Source: Candidatus Kapaibacterium sp.
Lineage (GTDB): Bacteria > Bacteroidota > Ignavibacteria > Palsa-1295
Assembly: GCA_039923455.1 (NCBI GenBank)
Contig: JBDTCS010000091.1
Coordinates: forward strand, 1 to 43,843
DNA: 43,843 nucleotides
Direction: 5' to 3'
Part shown: one piece after another, positions 9,450 to 18,667 of the stretch
How the letters are laid out: every line of letters starts with the position of its first letter
Numbering within the stretch: the stretch's first letter is position 1
Position numbers and translations under genes: made by a program
The notes under the pieces: generated by a model
The model's input: only the letters and a program-made list of their open reading frames with translations
Told to the model about the DNA's origin: nothing
Databases searched by the model: none

Positions 9450-12400
9450 ATGGAATTCAAAAGGATACATTACGGATTTGCGGCAGCGAGTTTTTTTATT
9501 GCGCTGCTGACATACGGACTTACGATGCAGCCGACGATCCCGTTCTGGGATTGCGGCGAGTTTGCGGCCGCGGCTATCGGAATGGGAGTACCGCATCCGC
9601 CGGGTGCTCCACTCTGGACGATCGTTGGCCGACTCGGTATGTTGATTCCGATCTTTACCGACATGACGGCTCGGTATAATTTCCTTTCGGTCTTGTCCTC
9701 AGCTGCGAGTATTTTGCTCCTGTATCTTACGATCGTTCGTTTGATCACCTTGTGGCGTGGCGCTCCGAAGAGCATGGCTGATGTACTCGTACATTTTGGT
9801 GGTGCGTTCATTGGTGCACTTGCCTACACGTTTACTGATAGCTTCTGGTTCAATGCGCTCGAGTGCGAAGTCTATGCATTCGGTTCGCTCTTTATTTCAC
9901 TGGTGCCGTGGTTGATTCTCGTCTGGTATGATCACGCAGACGAACCACACAGCGAAAAATATTTGCTCTTGATCGCGTATGTGATCGGCTTGTCGCTCGG
10001 TGTTCACCAGTTAGCGCTCTTGACACTCTTCCCGGTTTTCATGCTCGTTTATTACAAGCGCTGGCCGAAAACGACTGTCAAAGGTTGGATACTGATGGTA
10101 ATCTCCTCGGTGGTTGCGTTTTGGTTCATCTTTAAGATCGTTCTTTCTGATCTGGTGGATTGGGCCGGAGGTGCAGGATGGATGGCCTCGTTTCTCATAC
10201 TCGCCGGTATTATCGGTGGTATCATTTATACGCATCAGAAGAAGAAAGCGATCTGGAATGTCGCTCTCTGGGGCGCGATACTGATTTTCACCGGATATAC
10301 AACCTATACTGTTATCATGGTTCGTGCGGCACAGAATCCGCCGATGAATCAGCATCACGCTTCTACCTTTAAGATTCTAGCCGAGTACATCAACCGTGAA
10401 CAATACGGTGAGGCGAAGGAGATGCCACGCCGTCTCGAAGAGCAGAACCGAGATCACTCACACGACGCGACATTCAACAATTATTCGAGCGATGGTGATT
10501 TCTTCTGGCGTTATCAGACGGGTCACATGTTCACGAGATATCTCATGTGGAATTTTGTCGGTCGCGCAAACGACGAACAAGATGCCGGTGTAGATTATTC
10601 AAAGACGTGGGCCTTGCCGTTCTTGCTCGGTCTCTTCGGCCTATTCTGGCATTTCAAACGTGATCCGAAACGAGCTCTCACACTCGTTGGCACTTTTATT
10701 ATTATGGGATTCCTGACGGCGTGGTACCAGAATCAACAGGATCCGCAGCCGCGAGAACGTGATTATTTTTACGTAGGTGCATTCTATATCTACGCGATGT
10801 GGCTCGGAATCGGTGCTACAGGAATACTCGAATTTATACGATCGCGATTTAGCAAGAAAGAAGAGGGGACGATCGTGGCGGGTGAAGAAAGCGATGTCGT
10901 TCCGATCCTAACAGGTCGCGGCAACGCGGGAGTGATCTTCGGTGGAGTTGCACTTTTACTATTGATCATTCCGATCAATATGTGCATTGGTCTTGCCGGC
11001 TTGGCTACCGGTCAACCCTTTAGCAAGGCTTCGAAGTGGGCGGAATATTCCAGGCGTCACAATTATGTACCGTACGAATATGCGTATAACTTTTTGCAGA
11101 GTTGCGACAAGAATGCGATCCTATTCACGGCAGGAGATAATGACACATTTCCGCTTTGGTGTTTGCAAGATGTCTATGGTATCCGTCGAGATATTCGCAT
11201 TGTGAATCTCTCACTCGGCAACATGTCGTGGTACATCAAACAGCTGAAGCATGAACGGCCTTGGGATGCGGCCGACGTGATTGATTTGCCATCGTTTACT
11301 GATGAGAAGATGTCGAACCCGGATGAATCCGAAGCCGGAATTCGAGCACTCGGCGGACCTGCCGAAAATGTCTCCTTTGATGTGAGCGCACAAACGATGC
11401 AGCAGTTTAATGGTGTAGCGGCACCTGGTCGGATGGATTGGAAATACACCGGGCAGTTTCCACAAGAGGGTGGGCAATACGTCTTCACGATCGCCGATCA
11501 GCTTGTGAAAGATATCGTCCGTTATAATATAGAAAAACGGCCGATCTATTTTGCATCGCTCGTTCCACCCTCGTATATGGCTGGTCTTGATCCGTATTTG
11601 GTGTATGAAGGTATGGCCGCGAGAGTCACACCAACACACCAACCGGGCAACAGTCGCAGTATGGATGTCTCCGTCAATGAGCCACTGTATTCTGCGATGG
11701 CCTATAACCTACCAAAATCTCCGAGCCTCACACCGGCGCGTGGAATGGTTCTCGAAACATACCGCGACCCTGAAGCAAATCTTAGCGCACAGGACCAGCG
11801 TTATGCACAGAGTTACTTCTATATGTATTTCCGACTTGCGAATCACTTCATCAAGGTTGGCAAGCCTGCCGAAGCGCGTCGCGCACTCGATACGTGCGAA
11901 GCAAGACTCTCGCCCAGCACACTTGGACCTGATTATCGTTATGCTGATCTCTTTGCACAACTCTATGATGCAGCCGGAGATTCTATCAAATCGGTCAAGT
12001 ATATGAAGATGGCGGTCGCAGATACGAAGCAGCCATCAGCAGATGCAGGAGATCAATCCAACGGTAGCGCTGCAAGTATTCAATTCCGGCTTGCGGAAGT
12101 CTATCTCAAGAGCGGCATGCTCGATTCGGCTCGCGCACTTTATTTGAAGTTGCAAGGCGAAGTGCAGGGTGGCGATAGACAAGTGATGGATTTCAAAATA
12201 CTCGAGGTCGATGCGCGAATTTTGGATAAGAAGGGCGACAAGAAAGGCGCCTATGATAAGTACGTGCAACTTGCGAAAGCCTTTGCGCCACTCGCTTCAA
12301 GCGGACTTGCACCGGAGTATGCAACCCTGGACGCTCGTCGAGCTGCACTCGCGAAAGAGCTAGGCATCGTAGATGCGGGACTCGTAGTCGTGCCGCCGCA

Positions 12401-12497
12401 ATCGCAGCAGATGGAAATTGGACAGCCACAAGAAGCGCCACCGGCCGGCACACCAGGCGGCCCACCACAAGCGCCTAAAAAATCGAAGAGCAAATAA
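9450..12497 (+). CDS. DUF2723 / TMEM260-like GT-C membrane glycosyltransferase, paralog 2
   Basis: Same motif set as paralog 1 (WDCGEF, HPPGAPL, QPRERDYFY, GDNDTFPLW). The C-terminal domain is divergent and ends in a Pro/Gln-rich tail (PKKSKSK). Confidence 0.85.
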   Translation: MEFKRIHYGFAAASFFIALLTYGLTMQPTIPFWDCGEFAAAAIGMGVPHPPGAPLWTIVGRLGMLIPIFTDMTARYNFLSVLSSAASILLLYLTIVRLITLWRGAPKSMADVLVHFGGAFIGALAYTFTDSFWFNALECEVYAFGSLFISLVPWLILVWYDHADEPHSEKYLLLIAYVIGLSLGVHQLALLTLFPVFMLVYYKRWPKTTVKGWILMVISSVVAFWFIFKIVLSDLVDWAGGAGWMASFLILAGIIGGIIYTHQKKKAIWNVALWGAILIFTGYTTYTVIMVRAAQNPPMNQHHASTFKILAEYINREQYGEAKEMPRRLEEQNRDHSHDATFNNYSSDGDFFWRYQTGHMFTRYLMWNFVGRANDEQDAGVDYSKTWALPFLLGLFGLFWHFKRDPKRALTLVGTFIIMGFLTAWYQNQQDPQPRERDYFYVGAFYIYAMWLGIGATGILEFIRSRFSKKEEGTIVAGEESDVVPILTGRGNAGVIFGGVALLLLIIPINMCIGLAGLATGQPFSKASKWAEYSRRHNYVPYEYAYNFLQSCDKNAILFTAGDNDTFPLWCLQDVYGIRRDIRIVNLSLGNMSWYIKQLKHERPWDAADVIDLPSFTDEKMSNPDESEAGIRALGGPAENVSFDVSAQTMQQFNGVAAPGRMDWKYTGQFPQEGGQYVFTIADQLVKDIVRYNIEKRPIYFASLVPPSYMAGLDPYLVYEGMAARVTPTHQPGNSRSMDVSVNEPLYSAMAYNLPKSPSLTPARGMVLETYRDPEANLSAQDQRYAQSYFYMYFRLANHFIKVGKPAEARRALDTCEARLSPSTLGPDYRYADLFAQLYDAAGDSIKSVKYMKMAVADTKQPSADAGDQSNGSAASIQFRLAEVYLKSGMLDSARALYLKLQGEVQGGDRQVMDFKILEVDARILDKKGDKKGAYDKYVQLAKAFAPLASSGLAPEYATLDARRAALAKELGIVDAGLVVVPPQSQQMEIGQPQEAPPAGTPGGPPQAPKKSKSK

Positions 12498-12514
12498 ACA
12501 CCGAACAACATACT

Positions 12515-13252
12515 GTGTTTCTTTCTCTAATTATTCCGGCTTACAATGAGGCGGGACGTATCGTCCCGTCTTTGCATGCGGCCTTCGAGTATCTCGCGAA
12601 GGTCCCGTACACCGTTGAGATTCTTGTCGTCGATGATGGCTCGAAGGATGACACTGTTGCGGTCGTCCAAGAAGTTTTTCGAAATATGCCTGCGAATCTT
12701 CCGCACGTGATCGGTCGCGCGATTCCGCTTGGTATGAACGCTGGCAAGGGTGCGGCGGTCGGGAAGGGTATGCTCGAAGCTCGCGGTGCAATTCGAATTT
12801 TTACGGATGCAGATTTTTCGACTCCGATCAAAGAGATCGAGAAGGTGATTCCGCTTATTGAGAGTGGTGCATTCGATGTGGTGATCGGAAGTCGTGCTGC
12901 AGAAAATCGCTCGCTCGTCAAAAAGCATCAGCCTTGGTATCGCGAGATGATGGGCCGGTTCTTTAACATCCTTGTGCAAGCCCTTATCTTTCGCGGTATC
13001 AAAGATACGCAATGCGGCTTCAAGGGATTCAGCGGCAAAGCCGCTGACCATTTGTTCAGCAAGCAAAAGGTACTCGGATTCTCTTTTGATGTCGAGATTC
13101 TCTATCTCGCACGCAAAGCTGATTACAAAGTCAAGGAGATCGCGATTGAGTGGTACAATGACGAACGCTCCACCGTCGGAGCTGTCGGTGACTCTGCCCG
13201 AATGTTCTTCGAGTTGCTTCGAATCAAGCGAATTCATAAAGGGGACGCGTAG
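12515..13252 (+). CDS. GT2 polyprenyl/dolichyl-phosphate hexosyltransferase (ALG5/DPG-synthase-like)
   Basis: IIPAYNEA, VDDGSKD, GKGAAV..GML.ARG, the DxD motif FTDADFSTPI, DTQCGFK and FSFDVEIL. Single domain of 245 aa. The sugar specificity cannot be determined from the sequence. Confidence 0.88.
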   Translation: MFLSLIIPAYNEAGRIVPSLHAAFEYLAKVPYTVEILVVDDGSKDDTVAVVQEVFRNMPANLPHVIGRAIPLGMNAGKGAAVGKGMLEARGAIRIFTDADFSTPIKEIEKVIPLIESGAFDVVIGSRAAENRSLVKKHQPWYREMMGRFFNILVQALIFRGIKDTQCGFKGFSGKAADHLFSKQKVLGFSFDVEILYLARKADYKVKEIAIEWYNDERSTVGAVGDSARMFFELLRIKRIHKGDA

Positions 13253-13296
13253 CCCGCTAATTCCCCGGCTCACACACCTGGTTGCGTTTACAAGAA

Positions 13297-15630
13297 ATGT
13301 CCAAAGCCCAACTCAAACGAACTCAGCCCGCACACCCGAAGTCGCTCGATAGACGCCCGAGCGCAGAGAAGCCGATTCCGGAGATTAATGTTTGGATCGC
13401 CGTCGGCATCTTCGCCGCGCTTGCGCTGATCTTTCATTCTTCGATATTAATGGGCGGAAAATTCCTGTGGGAGGATTTCGTTGAGCAGGAATTTCCATTT
13501 AGAACATTTGCAGCTACAAGCCTCGCGCAAGGTGTGTTGCCACATTGGAATCCGTACATCTTCGGTGGTATGCCTTTTATGGCGGATATTCAGACTGCGT
13601 TCTGGTATCCGACAAATCTTTTGCAAACGCTTTTCGTGTCCGATGGACATCTTTCGGCCGGTGTAATGCAATGGTTCATCCTGATGCACTATGCTGTTGC
13701 CGGAGCGGGGATGTATTTATTTGCAAAGCGAATTCTTGGTGTCGATGATTGGTCGGCGCTATTTGCTGGAATTGCGTATGCGTTCGGTGGCTTCATTGTT
13801 GCGCAGGCGATACATCAGATGATCGTATATCAGATGGCACTCTTTCCGCTTGTCGCGTTAGCATTTATCGCTGGGATCGATAATTGGCGGTACTCGATCG
13901 TGAGCGGAATCTTGCTTGGAGTGATGTATCTCGCCGGTCACCCACAGAGCACGTTGTTCTTTACATTCTTACTTGCGATGCTCGCGATTTATGAACTCAC
14001 ATTCCGAACGATGCGCAAGGAGCGGATGGATGCGGGAGCGATCATTCGAGCCGCAATACCAGTAATTATCGCGATCGGGTTATTTGCGATTCAACTTTTG
14101 CCTTCTCAAGAACTTGCGGGACTCTCGCGGCGTGAGGTGATGACCTATGAGAAGTCGGTCGATGGTTCACTGTCGTTCGGCAATTTACTCACGCTTGTAT
14201 TGCCCAGACTTTTTGGCGTGACGGACGGTGCGCACGAAGCGAAAGTCCCGTTTTGGAACGGAGCCTATTATCTTTCGTGGGAGACGGCGATCTACATCGG
14301 AATATTTCCACTCTTCTTCGGCATTCTCGCGGCAATGCAGAATTGGAAACGCAAATATGTTCCGTTCTTTGCCTGCATGAGTCTCTTCGCGATTCTCTTT
14401 GCTCTTGGCGATCACTTTTTTATCTATCGAATATTCTTTAATCTGCCGCTTTTTGATAAGCTTCGCACTCCGGCACGAATGTCAATGGTGTTCTCATTTT
14501 CGATGTGTGCACTGTCTGCGATCGGGTTTCGAAGTATATTCGAGCGAACAAAGAAAGAGGCAATCGGAACGGGCGCTTTGGTTGGTGCAGGCGCGATAAT
14601 TCTGGTTTGGATATATGCGCTGGTTGGTGGCTTGCATGCGAGTAGTTTTTTGCCGGGTGTAGCTGCCGAGGCGGATGCTTCGATAGGATGGGCTGCGGGA
14701 CTTGCAACATTTCCGGTGCTTGCACTTGCGGCGTATGTGCTCGCTCGGAAATTTTCCGATCTGCGTGGTATGATACTCGCGATTCCCGTTATCGCAGTGA
14801 CGCTCATTGAGTTGTTTACTTATGGAATGGGTCTCAATGCGGTCGCAGATAATCCTGCCGATCTATTTCGTGAGCAGCCCCAACTGATTGATCAGGTCAA
14901 GCAAGATCAAGCGAAAGAGATCACTCGCGCTCGAACGCGTATGGGAAGCCAGATACTCGTAAAGCGCAATCAAGGAGCATACGACCGCATTCAACTCATC
15001 GAGGGATACAATCCGCTTGTGCTGCAGCGTGTTTCACCGGAGACTTTTCCGGAAGAGCAAGCGGATCTGATGAATATTAAGTGGTCGATCATTCAACACG
15101 GACAGCAACCGGATTTTGGTGCGCGGTCAACCTATCTTCCCCGCGTCAAGCTCTACTACAAAACGGAAGTGCGATCCGACACCATGGCGCGCGTCTTGCT
15201 CAAGACTGATTCACTCTTCGACTACCGCAATACGATCTTGATCGAGGAGCAACCTCCTACAGCCGTTGGTCCGCTCGATGCAGCCGGCATAGCGAGCATC
15301 ACACATTACAGCGAGAACGAGATTACTGTGAAAGTAAAAACTGCTGCGCCTGCTATGCTTTTTCTTTCAGAGGTTTATTATCCGGCATGGAACGCCTATA
15401 TCGATGGCGCGCCTTCGAAGATTTATCGTGCTTTTACATCGCTTCGTGCGGTCGAGGTTCCGGCTGGGGAACACACGGTTGTTTTGAAATATGAATCGAA
15501 AGCATTCGCAACCGGAAGTATGATCTCGCTTGCGACGCTTTTGCTAAGCATCGGTGGATTCGTTTTCTTCATGTTGCGTGAAAAGAAAGCGACTCCTGAG
15601 CCAGAACCCGCTGCGCCTGAACAGGCTTGA
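13297..15630 (+). CDS. YfhO-family polytopic membrane protein (putative GT-C)
   Basis: WNPYIFGGMPF..D, YP, GHPQ, YIG, LRTPAR, and the C-terminal SEVYYPAWNAYIDG...AVEVPAGEHTVVLKY followed by a last TM helix. ATG13297 is preferred over TTG13282. Confidence 0.82.
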   Translation: MSKAQLKRTQPAHPKSLDRRPSAEKPIPEINVWIAVGIFAALALIFHSSILMGGKFLWEDFVEQEFPFRTFAATSLAQGVLPHWNPYIFGGMPFMADIQTAFWYPTNLLQTLFVSDGHLSAGVMQWFILMHYAVAGAGMYLFAKRILGVDDWSALFAGIAYAFGGFIVAQAIHQMIVYQMALFPLVALAFIAGIDNWRYSIVSGILLGVMYLAGHPQSTLFFTFLLAMLAIYELTFRTMRKERMDAGAIIRAAIPVIIAIGLFAIQLLPSQELAGLSRREVMTYEKSVDGSLSFGNLLTLVLPRLFGVTDGAHEAKVPFWNGAYYLSWETAIYIGIFPLFFGILAAMQNWKRKYVPFFACMSLFAILFALGDHFFIYRIFFNLPLFDKLRTPARMSMVFSFSMCALSAIGFRSIFERTKKEAIGTGALVGAGAIILVWIYALVGGLHASSFLPGVAAEADASIGWAAGLATFPVLALAAYVLARKFSDLRGMILAIPVIAVTLIELFTYGMGLNAVADNPADLFREQPQLIDQVKQDQAKEITRARTRMGSQILVKRNQGAYDRIQLIEGYNPLVLQRVSPETFPEEQADLMNIKWSIIQHGQQPDFGARSTYLPRVKLYYKTEVRSDTMARVLLKTDSLFDYRNTILIEEQPPTAVGPLDAAGIASITHYSENEITVKVKTAAPAMLFLSEVYYPAWNAYIDGAPSKIYRAFTSLRAVEVPAGEHTVVLKYESKAFATGSMISLATLLLSIGGFVFFMLREKKATPEPEPAAPEQA

Positions 15631-16748
15631 CACAATTATTGAAATCCGCTGAGAAAATTCTGATCATCGCATTGCCCGGTATCGGTGACGCACTGCTGGC
15701 GACGCCGATGATCGAGTTGTTGCGCAGAGCCAAACCGCAAGCCGAGCTGCACGTCCTCGTGATGTTCAAGGCAACGAAGGAAATGTTCGAGGCCGATCCG
15801 TTCGTGGACAAAGTGCACTACTATGATCTGATCGGCGGCAGCAAACTCTCTGCGATCAAAGCAGTTCTCGCACTGCGCCGCGAGGCATTTGATATCTCCA
15901 TAAATATTTATCCCCAGAATCGGCGCGAGTATAATGCAATCGCTTTGATGATCGGAGCTAAGAAGCGCGTTGGCGTTCTCTATCGTCGGCTCGGAACGCA
16001 GAACCTGAATTGGCTCAACACCGACACGATCACCGAAGACGATAGCTTGCATTGTGTGGAAGAAAATGTGAAGCTGCTCACGTGCATCGGTATCAACCAT
16101 GAGCTAACCGAGGCAACACTTCCGCCACTCCGACTAAATCTATCGAGCGATCATTCGCAGTTTGCGAACAATTGGATATCAGAGCATGGCCTCGATGACA
16201 AAAGGCTTTTGATCGGAATGCATGCCGGTACCGCGTTATTCAAGAATCACATTAAGCGCAGATGGGCACCGGAAAAATTTGCAGCGCTCGCAAAACAATT
16301 GACTGCAGATCTCGGAGCAACCGTTTTACTCTTCGGTGGCCCGGATGATATTTCCGCCAACGAGATTATACTTCGTCAGGCAGGGGATAGTGTCACATTC
16401 GTAAAGGCGAGCAATCTTCTCGACTCGGTCGCTGTGATGAAAAAGCTGAACCTCTTCATCTCGAACGACTCGTCGCTCATGCATATCGCTGGTGCACTTG
16501 CGCTTCCGACTGTCGCGATATTTGGCCCGACCAACGAGACCTATGTACATCCCTGGAAGACTCAGTACGAGATCGTCCAGACCGGCATCGACTGCCGCCC
16601 GTGCTTTGTCTATTCCCCAAAACCGCTAACTTGCTATCGCGAGAATCCCGCCGAGCATTTTATGTGCATTCGGGATATTGAGGTTGGGGATGTGCTCTCG
16701 GCGGCTAATAAGCTGCTCGGGAATGACTTGATCACGATCTCACTATAG
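15627..16748 (+). CDS. Glycosyltransferase family 9 (ADP-heptose:LPS heptosyltransferase-like)
   Basis: GIGDALLATP, KRRWAPEKF, SNDSSLMHIA, AIFGPT and CRPC...C...CIRDI. Its TTG start overlaps the TGA stop of the YfhO-like gene. Confidence 0.9.
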   Translation: MTQLLKSAEKILIIALPGIGDALLATPMIELLRRAKPQAELHVLVMFKATKEMFEADPFVDKVHYYDLIGGSKLSAIKAVLALRREAFDISINIYPQNRREYNAIALMIGAKKRVGVLYRRLGTQNLNWLNTDTITEDDSLHCVEENVKLLTCIGINHELTEATLPPLRLNLSSDHSQFANNWISEHGLDDKRLLIGMHAGTALFKNHIKRRWAPEKFAALAKQLTADLGATVLLFGGPDDISANEIILRQAGDSVTFVKASNLLDSVAVMKKLNLFISNDSSLMHIAGALALPTVAIFGPTNETYVHPWKTQYEIVQTGIDCRPCFVYSPKPLTCYRENPAEHFMCIRDIEVGDVLSAANKLLGNDLITISL

Positions 16749-16856
16749 GGAAAAATCGGGAATCTCGTTAGAACAAGCATTGTTTCATAAACGGCAGATT
16801 CAAGGCTTAATTGCCGTCTTAGGGCCGGAAATCATCCAGCCCATTTTTTGGAGCCG

Positions 16857-16881
16857 AAGTAGGACTCTTTTAGTCCGACTT
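16857..16881. promoter_or_regulatory. Putative Rrf2/IscR-type autoregulatory operator (10-5-10 inverted repeat)
   Basis: AAGTAGGACT-CTTTT-AGTCCGACTT, with 9 of 10 arm positions complementary, immediately upstream of the Rrf2 gene. The GAC-N7-GTC core resembles IscR type-1 sites. Confidence 0.7.
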
Positions 16882-16898
16882 ACTGTTTTATGCTAAGA

Positions 16899-17291
16899 AT
16901 GTTACGATTATCGAAACGTGTAGAGTATGGCCTAATGGCGCTGCAGCATCTTGCTCGGCGAGGAGAGGCTTCGACTGTACGCGAGATTTCGGATCAGTGC
17001 GACATCAGCTACGATCTCCTTGCGAAGATCATGCAAGATCTCAAACGTGACGGAATGATCGATTCCTATCAAGGAGTCCGCGGCGGATATGCGCTCCTGA
17101 TGGCCCCAAACCTTATCACGCTGACCCGAGTAGTCGGTGCGATCGAAGGTGATACCGGAATCACGGACTGCGAAGCCGGCACTATAGGCTGCGAACGCTC
17201 CGGTACCTGCCAAATCCAGGGCCCGATGCATAAGTTGCAAGAGACGATCGATCGAGCACTCAGCTCCGTGACAGTTGCCGAGCTACTATAA
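16899..17291 (+). CDS. Rrf2-family Fe-S cluster assembly regulator (IscR/SufR-like)
   Basis: MLRLSKRVEYG, wing motif GVRGGY and three Cys (C-x6-C-x5-C). First gene of the ISC cluster. An alternative start is ATG16890. Confidence 0.9.
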   Translation: MLRLSKRVEYGLMALQHLARRGEASTVREISDQCDISYDLLAKIMQDLKRDGMIDSYQGVRGGYALLMAPNLITLTRVVGAIEGDTGITDCEAGTIGCERSGTCQIQGPMHKLQETIDRALSSVTVAELL

Positions 17292-17317
17292 AATTTTGAA
17301 ATACAAAGACGAATTCG

Positions 17318-18550
17318 ATGGTAAAGCTTCCGATTTATTTAGATAATAACGCGACAACGCAGATGGATCCGCGCGTCTTTGAGGCGATGCGTCCATACTT
17401 CATGGAGTATTACGGCAATTCAGCAAGCCGAAATCATCCGTTTGGCTGGAAGGCTGAAGAGGCAATAGATTGGGCGCGCGCAACAATTGCGAAGTCAATC
17501 GGTGCGGACGAGAAAGAGATCGTCTTCACAAGTGGTGCGACGGAATCCGATAATCTTGCGATCAAAGGAATTGCCGAGATGTATGCGTCGAAAGGCGATC
17601 ATATTATCACGCTCACCAGCGAGCACAAGGCAGTACTTGATACTTGTAAAGCACTCGAACGCAAGGGCAATCGCGTGACGTATCTTCCGGTTTCGAAGGA
17701 GGGATTCGTTGACCTCGATCAGCTTCGTGATACCATCACCGACAAGACGATTCTTGTTACGATGATGCATGCCAACAATGAGATTGGCGTAATTCAGGAT
17801 ATCGAAGCGATCGGAAGAATCTGCCGTGAGAAGGGTGTGCTGTTTCACACCGATTCAACACAGTCGATCGGCAAGATTCCATTCGACGTGCAGAGACACA
17901 ATGTTGATCTTGCGTCGCTTTCCGGGCATAAGATCTATGGACCGAAGGGCGTAGGCGCGCTTTATGTTCGCAAGAAAAATCCGCGTGTGAAGCTTGCTTC
18001 GCAAATGGATGGCGGCGGTCACGAGCGCGGAATGCGCAGTGGTACGCTGAATGTACCGGGAATCGTTGGGCTTGCCAAAGCACTTGAAATTTGTATTGAG
18101 GAGATGCCGGCTGAGACGAAGCGCGTGACTGCGATGCGCGATGGAATGTGGAAGTCGTTTCAGAATCAGCTTGATGAGCTATACATCAACGGACCCGATC
18201 CAATCGATAAGCCACAGTGGCGCTTACCCGGCAATCTGAACGTGAGCTTTGCTTTTGTCGAAGGTGAAGCGCTTATGATGGGAATCGAGGAAATCGCTGT
18301 TTCGTCGGGATCAGCCTGCACATCTGCTAGCCTTGAACCGAGCTATGTACTCAAGGCTCTCGGTGTCGGCGAGGACTTAGCACATACTTCGATTCGCTTT
18401 GGTATCGGCCGCTTCAACACGCAGGAAGAGCTTGACTACACGGTGAATCACGTGGTGAATGCTGTGCTCAAGCTTCGCGAAATGTCGCCGCTCTATGAAA
18501 TGGCGAAGATGGGTATCGACCTCAAGAGTGTCGAGTGGGCATCGCACTAA
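17318..18550 (+). CDS. iscS: Cysteine desulfurase IscS
   Basis: [22 protein letters not shown] lysine motif [10 protein letters not shown], catalytic SSGSACTS and the C-terminal [10 protein letters not shown]...W..H. Confidence 0.98.
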   Translation: MVKLPIYLDNNATTQMDPRVFEAMRPYFMEYYGNSASRNHPFGWKAEEAIDWARATIAKSIGADEKEIVFTSGATESDNLAIKGIAEMYASKGDHIITLTSEHKAVLDTCKALERKGNRVTYLPVSKEGFVDLDQLRDTITDKTILVTMMHANNEIGVIQDIEAIGRICREKGVLFHTDSTQSIGKIPFDVQRHNVDLASLSGHKIYGPKGVGALYVRKKNPRVKLASQMDGGGHERGMRSGTLNVPGIVGLAKALEICIEEMPAETKRVTAMRDGMWKSFQNQLDELYINGPDPIDKPQWRLPGNLNVSFAFVEGEALMMGIEEIAVSSGSACTSASLEPSYVLKALGVGEDLAHTSIRFGIGRFNTQEELDYTVNHVVNAVLKLREMSPLYEMAKMGIDLKSVEWASH

Positions 18551-18622
18551 ATTCGTGGCCAAAAGGATTTTAGCTGGATAAGAAATTTTGGCCGGATAAG
18601 AAACAGAATCGCGGAATAGTCG

Positions 18623-18630
18623 TAAATTTG
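18623..18630 (+). promoter_or_regulatory. Possible Bacteroidota-type -7 promoter box (TAnnTTTG) inside the ISC cluster
   Basis: cgTAAATTTGca lies 37 nt upstream of the orf165 ATG. I found no correctly spaced -33 TTTG element. Confidence 0.5.
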
Positions 18631-18667
18631 CATATCAAGCAAAACCATTTTTCCGGAAGTTAACAGC

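Noticed and set aside
12527-13273. 248-aa antisense ORF over the GT2 gene
   Set aside because: It is an in-register antisense shadow of a well-supported gene and has no recognisable motifs.
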